64,000 bases of DNA, from the NCBI GenBank assembly GCA_031402955.1, contig JANNSS010000043.1, forward strand, positions 746 through 64,745, in the 5' to 3' direction. Below are positions 35,790 through 43,724 of the stretch, in pieces. Position numbers and translations under genes: made by a program. The DNA comes from Saprospiraceae bacterium. Lineage in GTDB: Bacteria; Bacteroidota; Bacteroidia; Chitinophagales; Saprospiraceae. The notes beneath the pieces were generated by a model. It worked only from the letters and a program-made list of their open reading frames with translations. It was not told the origin of the DNA and did no database searches. Each line of letters starts with the position of its first letter. Within the stretch, counting starts at the first letter, position 1.

Positions 35790-35894
35790 GTCAGCATTCT
35801 TCAGTCAGCAGTCAGCAGTCTACAGTCAGCAGTCTACAGTCAGCAGTCAGCACTCTTCAGTCGGCAGTCTACAGCCAGAGGTACACTGTCTTCT
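35790..35894. repeat. Heptamer array, 15 units (GTCAGCA x6, GTCTACA x3 and variants)
   Basis: Strict 7-nt register, read directly from the sequence. It begins 8 nt after a stop codon. Confidence 0.95.
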
Positions 35895-35933
35895 AAAATT
35901 TAATGTGGCGAAATGAACTTCTTCGAAATACAT

Positions 35934-35961
35934 TTCACAATTCACCACTCACCACTAAAAC
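35934..35961. repeat. Heptamer array TTCACAA TTCACCA CTCACCA CTAAAAC
   Basis: It runs into the stop codon of the fnr-like gene (35955-35957). Confidence 0.8.
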
Positions 35962-36962
35962 CCATCAATCCCCGTCACTGTCGTATACTTAAACGACAAT
36001 TTCTGATCGGGATGGATATACCTGAATGCCGCCTGACACATCATGGTAGCCTCGTGAAACCCACAAAGGATTAGTTTGAGTTTTCCTGGATAAGTATTGA
36101 TATCTCCGATGGCAAAGATTCCATCCACATTCGTACTGCAATCATGAGGATCCACTACAATCGCATTCTTATCCAGTCCGAGTCCCCAATCTGAGATCGG
36201 GCCTAGCTTTGGCGTCAAACCAAATAACGGAATGAAGAAATCTGCTTCTTGAGTGATTTTTTCTTCCTTCACTTCAATGACGACAGCCTGCAGACCATCA
36301 GTCCCTATGACCTTCACTACACTGGCATCTGTGATCAACTTCACCTTGCCGTGACTCACTAACTCTAATACCTTATCAACTGAATCTGGTGCCCCTCTGA
36401 AACTGGATCTCCGATGGACAAGCGTTATCTTACTTCCAAGCGCAGCCAATTCAATCGTCCAATCCAATGCGGAATCTCCGCCTCCTGCGATCACTACATT
36501 TTTGTCTTTATAATGGATAGGGTTTTTGACAAAATAGTCAACCCCATTACCTTCAAATTTTTCAATTCCATCAATCGGCGGTTTACGTGGCTCAAAACAG
36601 CCTAATCCTCCTGCGATGGCGATCACCCCTGATTCGATGACAGTACCGTCATGGCCGGTTGTTCTGAACGAACCATCTTCCAGTTTTTCAATCTTTTGAG
36701 CTATTTCACCCAGGGTGAAGGTTGGCTTAAAGGGCTCTATTTGTTTCCTGAGATTGTCTACCAGGTCACTGGCCAGGATCATCGGGCACCCGGGAATATC
36801 GTATATGGGCTTTTTCGGATAGATTTCTGTCAGTTGTCCTCCAACCTGAGGAAGGACATCGATCAGATGGCATCTCATCTTCAGTAAACCCGCTTCAAAA
36901 ACTGCAAAAAGCCCAACAGGCCCCGCACCTATGATCAGTATATCTGTTTTTATCACCCCCAT
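35955..36962 (-). CDS. Thioredoxin-reductase-like ferredoxin-NADP+ reductase
   Basis: 335 aa with DILIIGAGPVGLFA, GGGDSALDW and no CxxC redox-active pair, which is the YumC-type pattern. Confidence 0.8.
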   Translation of the reverse strand: MGVIKTDILIIGAGPVGLFAVFEAGLLKMRCHLIDVLPQVGGQLTEIYPKKPIYDIPGCPMILASDLVDNLRKQIEPFKPTFTLGEIAQKIEKLEDGSFRTTGHDGTVIESGVIAIAGGLGCFEPRKPPIDGIEKFEGNGVDYFVKNPIHYKDKNVVIAGGGDSALDWTIELAALGSKITLVHRRSSFRGAPDSVDKVLELVSHGKVKLITDASVVKVIGTDGLQAVVIEVKEEKITQEADFFIPLFGLTPKLGPISDWGLGLDKNAIVVDPHDCSTNVDGIFAIGDINTYPGKLKLILCGFHEATMMCQAAFRYIHPDQKLSFKYTTVTGIDGF

Positions 36963-36979
36963 AATCTGAATTGAGGGTG

Positions 36980-36987
36980 CAAAGGTA
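36980..36987 (-). promoter_or_regulatory. -7 box TACCTTTG for the fnr-like gene
   Basis: Matches TAnnTTTG, 18 nt upstream of the ATG. Confidence 0.5.
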
Positions 36988-37063
36988 AAGGAGTAGCCGA
37001 AAAAACAGCCATGGAAATGATATTCAGTCCAAATGTGGTGGTGATACTAGAAAAATTGAAGGC

Positions 37064-38047
37064 TTACTGACAATCTCTTCCTCCCCTTATGATGTAGGAA
37101 TCCCCTTCTTTAATCAACTTGGCATTGATACTTGCAGCTACGGCAGTCAGTACAGAACTGATTTCAGGCTTTTTAAAGGTCAGTGGTACATTGATCCTGC
37201 AATTCCTGGAAGCTTCATTTTCAATGATAATATGCTGTTCATCAAAATAAGCAGAAATGTCTTCAACAACTCCAGACAAAGGCATTCCTACAAAGCGTAG
37301 TTGGTTGGTACGCCATGCATTCACATTGGGGGATGGATTGGCAATGATTTCCATTGTTTCATCCTTAAATACAGCCGCCTCACCTTCCGTGAGTGCAACA
37401 GCTACCGTGGAATCTTCCTGGGAGGAAAAAATAATCTTACCACTATTGACAAAAATATGGGTCTGCTCAGGGCTCTCCCAAATATTGAAGGAAGTTCCAA
37501 CAACTTCAGTTATGGTTTGGGCTGTCGCTATAGTAAACGGTCGCTTTGGATCAGGAGTTACTTCAAAAAAGGCTTCCCCTTTCAACTCCACACGCCTTGT
37601 TTTGCCTCTAAATGGATAAGCAACTATTTCTGATCCTTTATTGAGATAAATCTTAGTTCCATCCTTGAGTATCACCGGGTCACTTCCAGCCTGATCAAAA
37701 GTATAGGTTACAGGGACTCCGTTGCTGAAAAACAAGGTATATGTGCCGATCATAAGGATCGCAGCGGCAGCAACAGACCAGACCAGCATTCTCTTGGTGA
37801 TCAGTCGTGGTGGCTGTGATTGTTGCATAGAATCAGAAAAACGGTTCCAACCTGCTTCTACATCCCAATCCAAGACTTTTGGACCATTTTGAAAATCCCA
37901 TATCCTGGTGGCAGCCTGGAGAACAGACTTCAGGTTTTCGTCCGCCGATATCTCTTGTTCAAATACCTCACGCTCATTGCCTGTCATCTCCCCTGAGAGA
38001 TACCGGCCAATTCTTGCATCAATTGATTGTTTCATATTCTGCTCCAT
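37064..38047 (-). CDS. FecR-family anti-sigma factor
   Basis: 327 aa with an N-terminal cytoplasmic segment, one TM helix and a FecR domain (LKDGTKIYLNKGSEI...GEAFFEV). It lies 18 nt downstream of an ECF sigma gene. Confidence 0.75.
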   Translation of the reverse strand: MEQNMKQSIDARIGRYLSGEMTGNEREVFEQEISADENLKSVLQAATRIWDFQNGPKVLDWDVEAGWNRFSDSMQQSQPPRLITKRMLVWSVAAAAILMIGTYTLFFSNGVPVTYTFDQAGSDPVILKDGTKIYLNKGSEIVAYPFRGKTRRVELKGEAFFEVTPDPKRPFTIATAQTITEVVGTSFNIWESPEQTHIFVNSGKIIFSSQEDSTVAVALTEGEAAVFKDETMEIIANPSPNVNAWRTNQLRFVGMPLSGVVEDISAYFDEQHIIIENEASRNCRINVPLTFKKPEISSVLTAVAASINAKLIKEGDSYIIRGGRDCQ

Positions 38048-38065
38048 TAGACACTAATAAATGAA

Positions 38066-38575
38066 TTAACCCCCATGTCCGGCTATAGCAAGGCGAAGAA
38101 GTTTCAATGCTTTTCCTATTTGATTTTCAACAGTTTTGACAGAAATACCTAAATGTTTTGCTACTTCCGCGTAGGACATTTCTTCCTGGCGGTTGAGCTG
38201 GAATACCATCCGGCACTTCTCCGGGAGGGCTTCAATTGCAGCGTCAAGTGCTAATTTTAATTCAGCGGCTTCCATGCGCTGGATGGCATCTGCCTGATGT
38301 CCGGCAAACACGGGGTCAAATTCGGTGGTGGGTTCAAGCTCTTCCCATGCATGCTTCTTAGTATCCCGGATATAATTTAATGACCTGGTGACAGCCATTC
38401 TCCGGAGGTAGGCCGGAACCGATGTATGGATATGCAACTGATCTCTTTTGATCCATAGCTCTGCAAAGATCTCCTGGGCAATATCTTCCGTTTTAGTCCG
38501 GTCACGCACATACGTGTGTATGACGTTACAGACAAAAGCGTAATGTTGCTTGAACAATTGTTCAACAGAATCCAT
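38066..38575 (-). CDS. ECF-type RNA polymerase sigma factor
   Basis: It has region 2 (DIAQEIFAELW) and region 4 (LPEKCRMVFQLNRQEEMSYAEVA). The start is ATG at 38575 (MDSVEQLF). Confidence 0.85.
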   Translation of the reverse strand: MDSVEQLFKQHYAFVCNVIHTYVRDRTKTEDIAQEIFAELWIKRDQLHIHTSVPAYLRRMAVTRSLNYIRDTKKHAWEELEPTTEFDPVFAGHQADAIQRMEAAELKLALDAAIEALPEKCRMVFQLNRQEEMSYAEVAKHLGISVKTVENQIGKALKLLRLAIAGHGG

Positions 38576-38650
38576 TTGATTAATTGGCTTAGTGGTTTTG
38601 CTGAGCAGTAAAAATCGCAATAATACCTATACCTGCATGCAGATGATTGG

Positions 38651-38658
38651 TAAATTTG
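38651..38658 (+). promoter_or_regulatory. -7 box TAAATTTG for the lipoprotein gene
   Basis: Matches TAnnTTTG, 48 nt upstream of the ATG. Confidence 0.45.
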
Positions 38659-38705
38659 TAGACATTACTACATTTAATCTCGATAATCGTACAAAATCAT
38701 ACAAA

Positions 38706-39488
38706 ATGAAAAATATCATCATGTTATTCAGTCTTCTGCTTGTCCTGTCAAGTTGTAAGAATCAATCCGGTCAGGATGCAGCAGCAGATTCAACAACTTT
38801 TGATTCAACAAAAACCAAGTATACCCTGACTCCTTTCAGCACCTCAAAGGACTTTCCAGATGCCAGCCTGAAAGCTATGGCCTATACGGACGGGACCTTC
38901 TCTACAGTGATTTCCGGCTCTAGTTACAAATTAGGTGAACAGACCCCAGATGCTACTCAAAAGAGTTGTGCTAACAGCAAAGAAGGTCAGCATCTTCATC
39001 TGATCGTAGATACCGAACCCTATGTGGCCAAATATGAGTCCTCATTTACCCATGAAATTCCAGATGGAGAGCATTATCTGCTTTGTTTCTTGTCCAGATC
39101 ATATCATGAGAGCCTTAAAACTCCAACTGCCTATAAAGCCGTAAAAGCTAGTGTGGCCGGAAAGAGTATTACCAATATGGCTGATATCAAAGAGCCTATG
39201 CTGTTTTACAGCCGGCCTAAAGGACTATATACCGGTGAGGACACCGAAAAGGTAATGCTTGACTATTACCTTGTCAATGCAAGCAATGCAGGCTTTAAAG
39301 TAGAAGCAGACATCAATGGTGAAAAACATATCCTGGACAAATGGGAACCCTATTATATTGAGGGTCTGCCTGATGGTGACAATACTATTAAGCTTAGCCT
39401 TATTGATTCTACCGGCCAACTGGTCAATGTGCCGCTCAACCCTGTTTCCAGAACCTTTAAAATTGAAAAAACACCTGCAGCGAATTAA
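38706..39488 (+). CDS. Hypothetical lipoprotein
   Basis: It has the lipobox LVLSSC after MKNIIMLFSLL and a TAAATTTG box 48 nt upstream. No family could be recognised by eye. Confidence 0.5.
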   Translation: MKNIIMLFSLLLVLSSCKNQSGQDAAADSTTFDSTKTKYTLTPFSTSKDFPDASLKAMAYTDGTFSTVISGSSYKLGEQTPDATQKSCANSKEGQHLHLIVDTEPYVAKYESSFTHEIPDGEHYLLCFLSRSYHESLKTPTAYKAVKASVAGKSITNMADIKEPMLFYSRPKGLYTGEDTEKVMLDYYLVNASNAGFKVEADINGEKHILDKWEPYYIEGLPDGDNTIKLSLIDSTGQLVNVPLNPVSRTFKIEKTPAAN

Positions 39489-39490
39489 AG

Positions 39491-39514
39491 AAAAATTATC
39501 TTTGCCGTCCGTTT
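39491..39514 (+). promoter_or_regulatory. tRNA-His promoter: AAAAATTATCTTTG (-7 box TATCTTTG) plus the CCGTCCGTTT box
   Basis: The 14-mer TTTGCCGTCCGTTT is identical to the one upstream of tRNA-Gly. Confidence 0.6.
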
Positions 39515-39544
39515 TACGTTTTTAACAAGCCAAAAACGGTATAC

Positions 39545-39619
39545 GGTGGCTATAGCTCAGTAGGTTAGAGCGCTAGATTGTGGTTCTGGAGGTCGTGGGT
39601 TCGAGACCCTCTAGCCACC
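39545..39619 (+). tRNA. tRNA-His (anticodon GTG) with an encoded G-1
   Basis: It folds as a cloverleaf: G-1 plus acceptor GTGGCTA/TAGCCAC, D arm GCTC...GAGC, anticodon stem CTAGA/TCTGG with loop TTGTGGT, and T loop TTCGAGA. There is one U-U mismatch in the T stem and no encoded CCA. Confidence 0.85.
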
Positions 39620-39626
39620 CTTCCTT

Positions 39627-39660
39627 AAAAGCCTGTTTACCATGGTAGACAGGCTTTTTT
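39627..39660. terminator. Terminator after tRNA-His, shared with the convergent folC
   Basis: Arms AAAAGCCTGT...ACAGGCTTTT followed by a T6 run. The T-tract overlaps the folC stop codon. Confidence 0.8.
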
Positions 39661-40975
39661 ATTTCATTTCCCTTGAAATACCTGTCAGAAAATCACCAAC
39701 CACATAGCTGCTGCCACCCACAAATACCAGGTCCGCTTTATCTGCAGCTTTTAATGCCTTGTGATAGGCCTCCATTACACTCTTAAAAGACACTCCTTGA
39801 AGTCCAAGGTCACTGCCTGCTGACGCTACTTCCCCTGCAGGTTTTGCTCTTGGAATGTCAGGAGCACACCAATAATATTGGCCATCCTTTGGAAATAACG
39901 CCAATATATTGATGATGTCTTTATCGGAGACAAAGCCAAGGACAAAATGCCTTCTTTGCACAGGTTGCTCGAGTAAATCAGGCAACATAGCTATCATCCC
40001 ATGATGGTTATGTGCAGCATCGGTTATCACAAGTGGCTTTTGCTGAATCACCATCCATCTCCCGATCATATTGGTGGAGATTTTCACATTAGCCAGACCT
40101 TTCTTTATCTCCCGGTCTGATATAGTCATGGCCGGGTAATACTGGTTCCATCGGCAAAAACATTCGAGTACAGTCCTGACATTCTGCAACTGGTATGGAC
40201 CTGTAAGATCCGTTGCAAGGCCATTCAACCACTCCGCATCCCGAGTACGGACATTTAAAATCTGTTTTGTAAAAGTTTTTTGTGTTTGTTCGACAAGGAG
40301 GTGTTTCGAAGCAAAATGGATAGGCGCTTTTTCCTTTAAAGCTTTGTTTTTAAAGACCGGTGCTGTTTCGCGTTGCCATTCTCCGATGATCACAGGAACT
40401 CCATGCTTAATGATGCCGGCTTTCTCGAAGGCAATTTCAGGAAGTGTATTTCCGAGCATTTTCATGTGATCAAAACCAATATTGGTAATCACGGAAATGA
40501 GAGGCGTAATGATATTCGTAGAGTCCAATCTACCACCCAAGCCAGTTTCGATAACCGCGATGTCGATTTTTTCTCTTCTGAAAAAATCAAAGGCCATGGC
40601 CAATGTGATTTCAAAAAAAGAAGGCTGAATGGCTGTCCACTTCTCCTTAAATTCTTCGACAAAATGCACTACATCCTTTTCCCCGATCATCTGTCCATTG
40701 ACTTTTATCCGCTCCCGGAAATCAATATAATGAGGTGAGGTATACAAACCAACTTTTTTACCTGAGGCCTGTAGCACGGAAGCGATCATATGCGAGGTAC
40801 TGCCTTTGCCATTTGTCCCTGCTATGTGAACAGCAGGGTATGTGGTATAAGGCTGATCCAGCATTTCGCACAACAGCCTGATATTGGTAAGATCCTTCTT
40901 GATGGCTGCATCCCCTACCCGCTGGAACATGGGGAGCGAGGAAAACAGAAAATCAATCGTTTGTCGGTAGTTCAT
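39659..40975 (-). CDS. folC: Folylpolyglutamate synthase / dihydrofolate synthase
   Basis: 438 aa with HIAGTNGKGST and the Mur ligase family layout. Confidence 0.9.
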   Translation of the reverse strand: MNYRQTIDFLFSSLPMFQRVGDAAIKKDLTNIRLLCEMLDQPYTTYPAVHIAGTNGKGSTSHMIASVLQASGKKVGLYTSPHYIDFRERIKVNGQMIGEKDVVHFVEEFKEKWTAIQPSFFEITLAMAFDFFRREKIDIAVIETGLGGRLDSTNIITPLISVITNIGFDHMKMLGNTLPEIAFEKAGIIKHGVPVIIGEWQRETAPVFKNKALKEKAPIHFASKHLLVEQTQKTFTKQILNVRTRDAEWLNGLATDLTGPYQLQNVRTVLECFCRWNQYYPAMTISDREIKKGLANVKISTNMIGRWMVIQQKPLVITDAAHNHHGMIAMLPDLLEQPVQRRHFVLGFVSDKDIINILALFPKDGQYYWCAPDIPRAKPAGEVASAGSDLGLQGVSFKSVMEAYHKALKAADKADLVFVGGSSYVVGDFLTGISREMK

Positions 40976-41044
40976 GATTTGCTATTGAAGCGTGTTGAAT
41001 CCCGATTACAGGTTTTATTTACCTTCGTGTTAAATACATGCACT

Positions 41045-42667
41045 ATGAAACTGATTTGCCTTTGTCTGCTTTCCGGATTGTTATTCATTTCCTGCAAAGA
41101 AAACACTAATCCTTCAGGTACACTATCTGAAGAAACGATACGCAGGCACATCATCAACCTTTCATCTGATGAATTTCAAGGTCGCAAACCATTTACGGAA
41201 GGTGAAGAAAAAACGCTGGCGTATCTACAGGAAGAAATAGAGAAAATCGGTCTCAAGCCAGGAAACGGTGAATCCTTTACACAGGATGTGCCTATGATAG
41301 AAATCTCAGGCCATCCCTCCGAAACAATGGAACTCACCGGAACTAAGAATGTTTCGCTGAAACTGAGAGATCAATATGTTGCATTCACACAAAGGCCAGT
41401 CGGAGAAATCAATCTTGCGGGATCTGAACTTGTTTTCTGCGGATATGGGATTGTCGCACCGGAGTATGGATGGAATGACTATGCCAGTCTTGATATGAAA
41501 GGAAAAACGGCATTAGTACTCGTCAATGATCCAGGGTTAGGCGGTGAGGACAGCACCTTTTTCAAAGGCAATACTATGACCTATTATGGGCGTTGGACCT
41601 ACAAATATGAAGAAGCGGCAAGGCAAGGTGCAGCTGCTATCATGATCATCCATGAAACCACAATGGCTGGTTATCCTTGGGCTGTCGTCCAGGGAGCAGG
41701 AAGCGGTGCAAAACTTAATCTAAAATCGCTTGGTTATACTCCGTGCGAATTGCAAGGTTGGATTTCCCTGGATGCCGCAAAAGAAATATTCAGTTCAGCG
41801 GGACTTGATCTCAGGGAATCCATGATGGCTGCCCGAAAGCCAGGCTTCAAAGCACAACCTCTTCCATACACAGTGGGTGCAAGTATCAAGAATGACATCA
41901 GGGAAAATGTGTCAAAAAATGTCATCGCTATGATTCCAGGCACTGATCAAAAAGATGAATACATTCTTTTCTCTGCACATTGGGATCACCTTGGCATCGG
42001 TGCGGTCGTGGATGGAGACTCCATCTACAACGGAGCAAGAGATAATGCATCAGGTACCGCTACCCTTTTGGGTATAGCAGAGGCCATGGCAAAATCAGGA
42101 CCAATCAAACGAAGCATTGTATTCCTATGGGTTACGGCTGAGGAGCAGGGACTTCTCGGCTCAGCGTATTATGCTGCCAATCCTGTTTTTCCACCTGCTA
42201 AAACGGTCGCTAATCTGAATATAGACGGCATGGCCAGTTATGGTGAAATGAATGACCTCAGTGTGATTGGGTTTGGACAAAGTGAACTAGAATCCTACGC
42301 AGCACGATGGGCTGAAAAACAAAACAGATACATTCTCCCTGACCAGGAACCTGAAAAAGGATATTTCTTCAGATCCGATCATTTCAATTTCGCCAAAATT
42401 GGTATACCCGCATTATATGCCGAAGGTGGTTTTGATCACCGGATCAAAGGAAAAGAATATGCCAAAGAAAAATCAGATGAATACCGGACTACCGCTTATC
42501 ATTTGCCTAATGATGAATATGAAGCTGAAACTTTTGAGCTAGGGGGAATTATGCAGGATGCTGAACTTTATTTGAACGTGGCAACCGAATTGGGAAATAA
42601 CCAGGATTGGCCAAAATGGAAACCGGGTTCGGAATTTAAAGCTATCAGGGAACCAGGTAATGAATAA
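41045..42667 (+). CDS. M28-family aminopeptidase lipoprotein with a PA domain
   Basis: The start MKLICLCLLSGLLFISC is followed by FSAHWDHLG, DNASGTA and VTAEEQGLLGS metal-ligand motifs. The track ORF start at 40790 is an artefactual extension into folC. Confidence 0.8.
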   Translation: MKLICLCLLSGLLFISCKENTNPSGTLSEETIRRHIINLSSDEFQGRKPFTEGEEKTLAYLQEEIEKIGLKPGNGESFTQDVPMIEISGHPSETMELTGTKNVSLKLRDQYVAFTQRPVGEINLAGSELVFCGYGIVAPEYGWNDYASLDMKGKTALVLVNDPGLGGEDSTFFKGNTMTYYGRWTYKYEEAARQGAAAIMIIHETTMAGYPWAVVQGAGSGAKLNLKSLGYTPCELQGWISLDAAKEIFSSAGLDLRESMMAARKPGFKAQPLPYTVGASIKNDIRENVSKNVIAMIPGTDQKDEYILFSAHWDHLGIGAVVDGDSIYNGARDNASGTATLLGIAEAMAKSGPIKRSIVFLWVTAEEQGLLGSAYYAANPVFPPAKTVANLNIDGMASYGEMNDLSVIGFGQSELESYAARWAEKQNRYILPDQEPEKGYFFRSDHFNFAKIGIPALYAEGGFDHRIKGKEYAKEKSDEYRTTAYHLPNDEYEAETFELGGIMQDAELYLNVATELGNNQDWPKWKPGSEFKAIREPGNE

Positions 42668-42706
42668 AAGACAGGCATCCTGAAAGCTCAGGAAATGTAG
42701 CAAACC

Positions 42707-43561
42707 CTATTTGATATTTAAAGACTCCAATTGGTATACCATCAATGGAATTGACTGCTGGTATGACATTTCCTTTGCTCTGTTTTTTTCAAATATTTCG
42801 TCAAACCAGCTGCGTCGTTGGGATAGGATCGCCAGCAAGTCAATTTTCTTTTCCAACATGCATGCTTCCAGGCCTGCATTGATATCTTTATTGACAACAC
42901 AGTGGCAGGTCATTTTTTTATCCTGCTGCCATGGTTCAAAGAATTTTTTCAACTGTTCCTGACCTTCCCCATTGGATGTGGTGTCAACGTGAATCACATG
43001 CAAATGGCTACCCATGATATCCCGAAACTTTCTCAACGCTTCGATGAGCACCGCATCATCTTTGCTTAAATTGGTAGCTACACCTATGTGGTCAATGAGG
43101 CCATCAAATTGTGCGTCTGTAGGAACCACAATGACAGGACAATGCGCCTCCTCCATCACCTTGCCTGAAATGGTTCCAAAAAAGAAGGCTTCCATCATTC
43201 CCGCACCGGTAGCCCCCATGACGATGAGGTCAGCTTTGTTTTTATTGGCAGTCCGTAATATGGCGGAGACAGGCGCACCTTCTTCCAGTACATGAACCAT
43301 CGGCACATGGTAGTAGCCATTTTCCGTTGCAATATCCCGGAGTACTGGAATCTCGTCTTCATAATTTTCGAACTCCTCCAGGTCTATAGAATCATAGACT
43401 TCCCTCAGCACCCCTGGCAGGTTGAAATCGCTGATATCGGGTTTGTCGAAAGCATGTAATGTAATGACTGAGGCGCCCAGGTGGTCTGCTATCTGTAAAG
43501 CAAAGATGAACGCATTTTCCGCCGTGTCGGAGAAGTCCGTCGGATAAAGAATTTTTTTCAT
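42707..43561 (-). CDS. Tandem universal stress protein (UspA) domains
   Basis: The start is MKKILYPTDFSDTAENAF. Two Usp modules are present, one carrying the VMGATGAG ATP-binding motif. Confidence 0.8.
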   Translation of the reverse strand: MKKILYPTDFSDTAENAFIFALQIADHLGASVITLHAFDKPDISDFNLPGVLREVYDSIDLEEFENYEDEIPVLRDIATENGYYHVPMVHVLEEGAPVSAILRTANKNKADLIVMGATGAGMMEAFFFGTISGKVMEEAHCPVIVVPTDAQFDGLIDHIGVATNLSKDDAVLIEALRKFRDIMGSHLHVIHVDTTSNGEGQEQLKKFFEPWQQDKKMTCHCVVNKDINAGLEACMLEKKIDLLAILSQRRSWFDEIFEKNRAKEMSYQQSIPLMVYQLESLNIK

Positions 43562-43724
43562 TAATGGTTTTCCATTTTCAAAACAAAAGGCTTCAAACGA
43601 GTGTAATGAGATTGCTAAAATAGTATAAAGAGATGATACACCAAATAAAACCATTTCCCGGCACTCCTTCAACCCCAAATCTCCGGAATACGGTCGATCC
43701 TTTTAAAAAAAGTAATTTTATCCC

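Noticed and set aside
40790-41044. Long N-terminal extensions in the ORF track (M28 peptidase from 40790, fused E1 from 49972, S8 protease from 16169, Usp to 43678, ECF sigma to 38620)
   Set aside because: The extensions overlap neighbouring genes or lack signal peptides. Internal ATGs give canonical N-termini (a signal peptide or lipobox, or a promoter box at the right distance).
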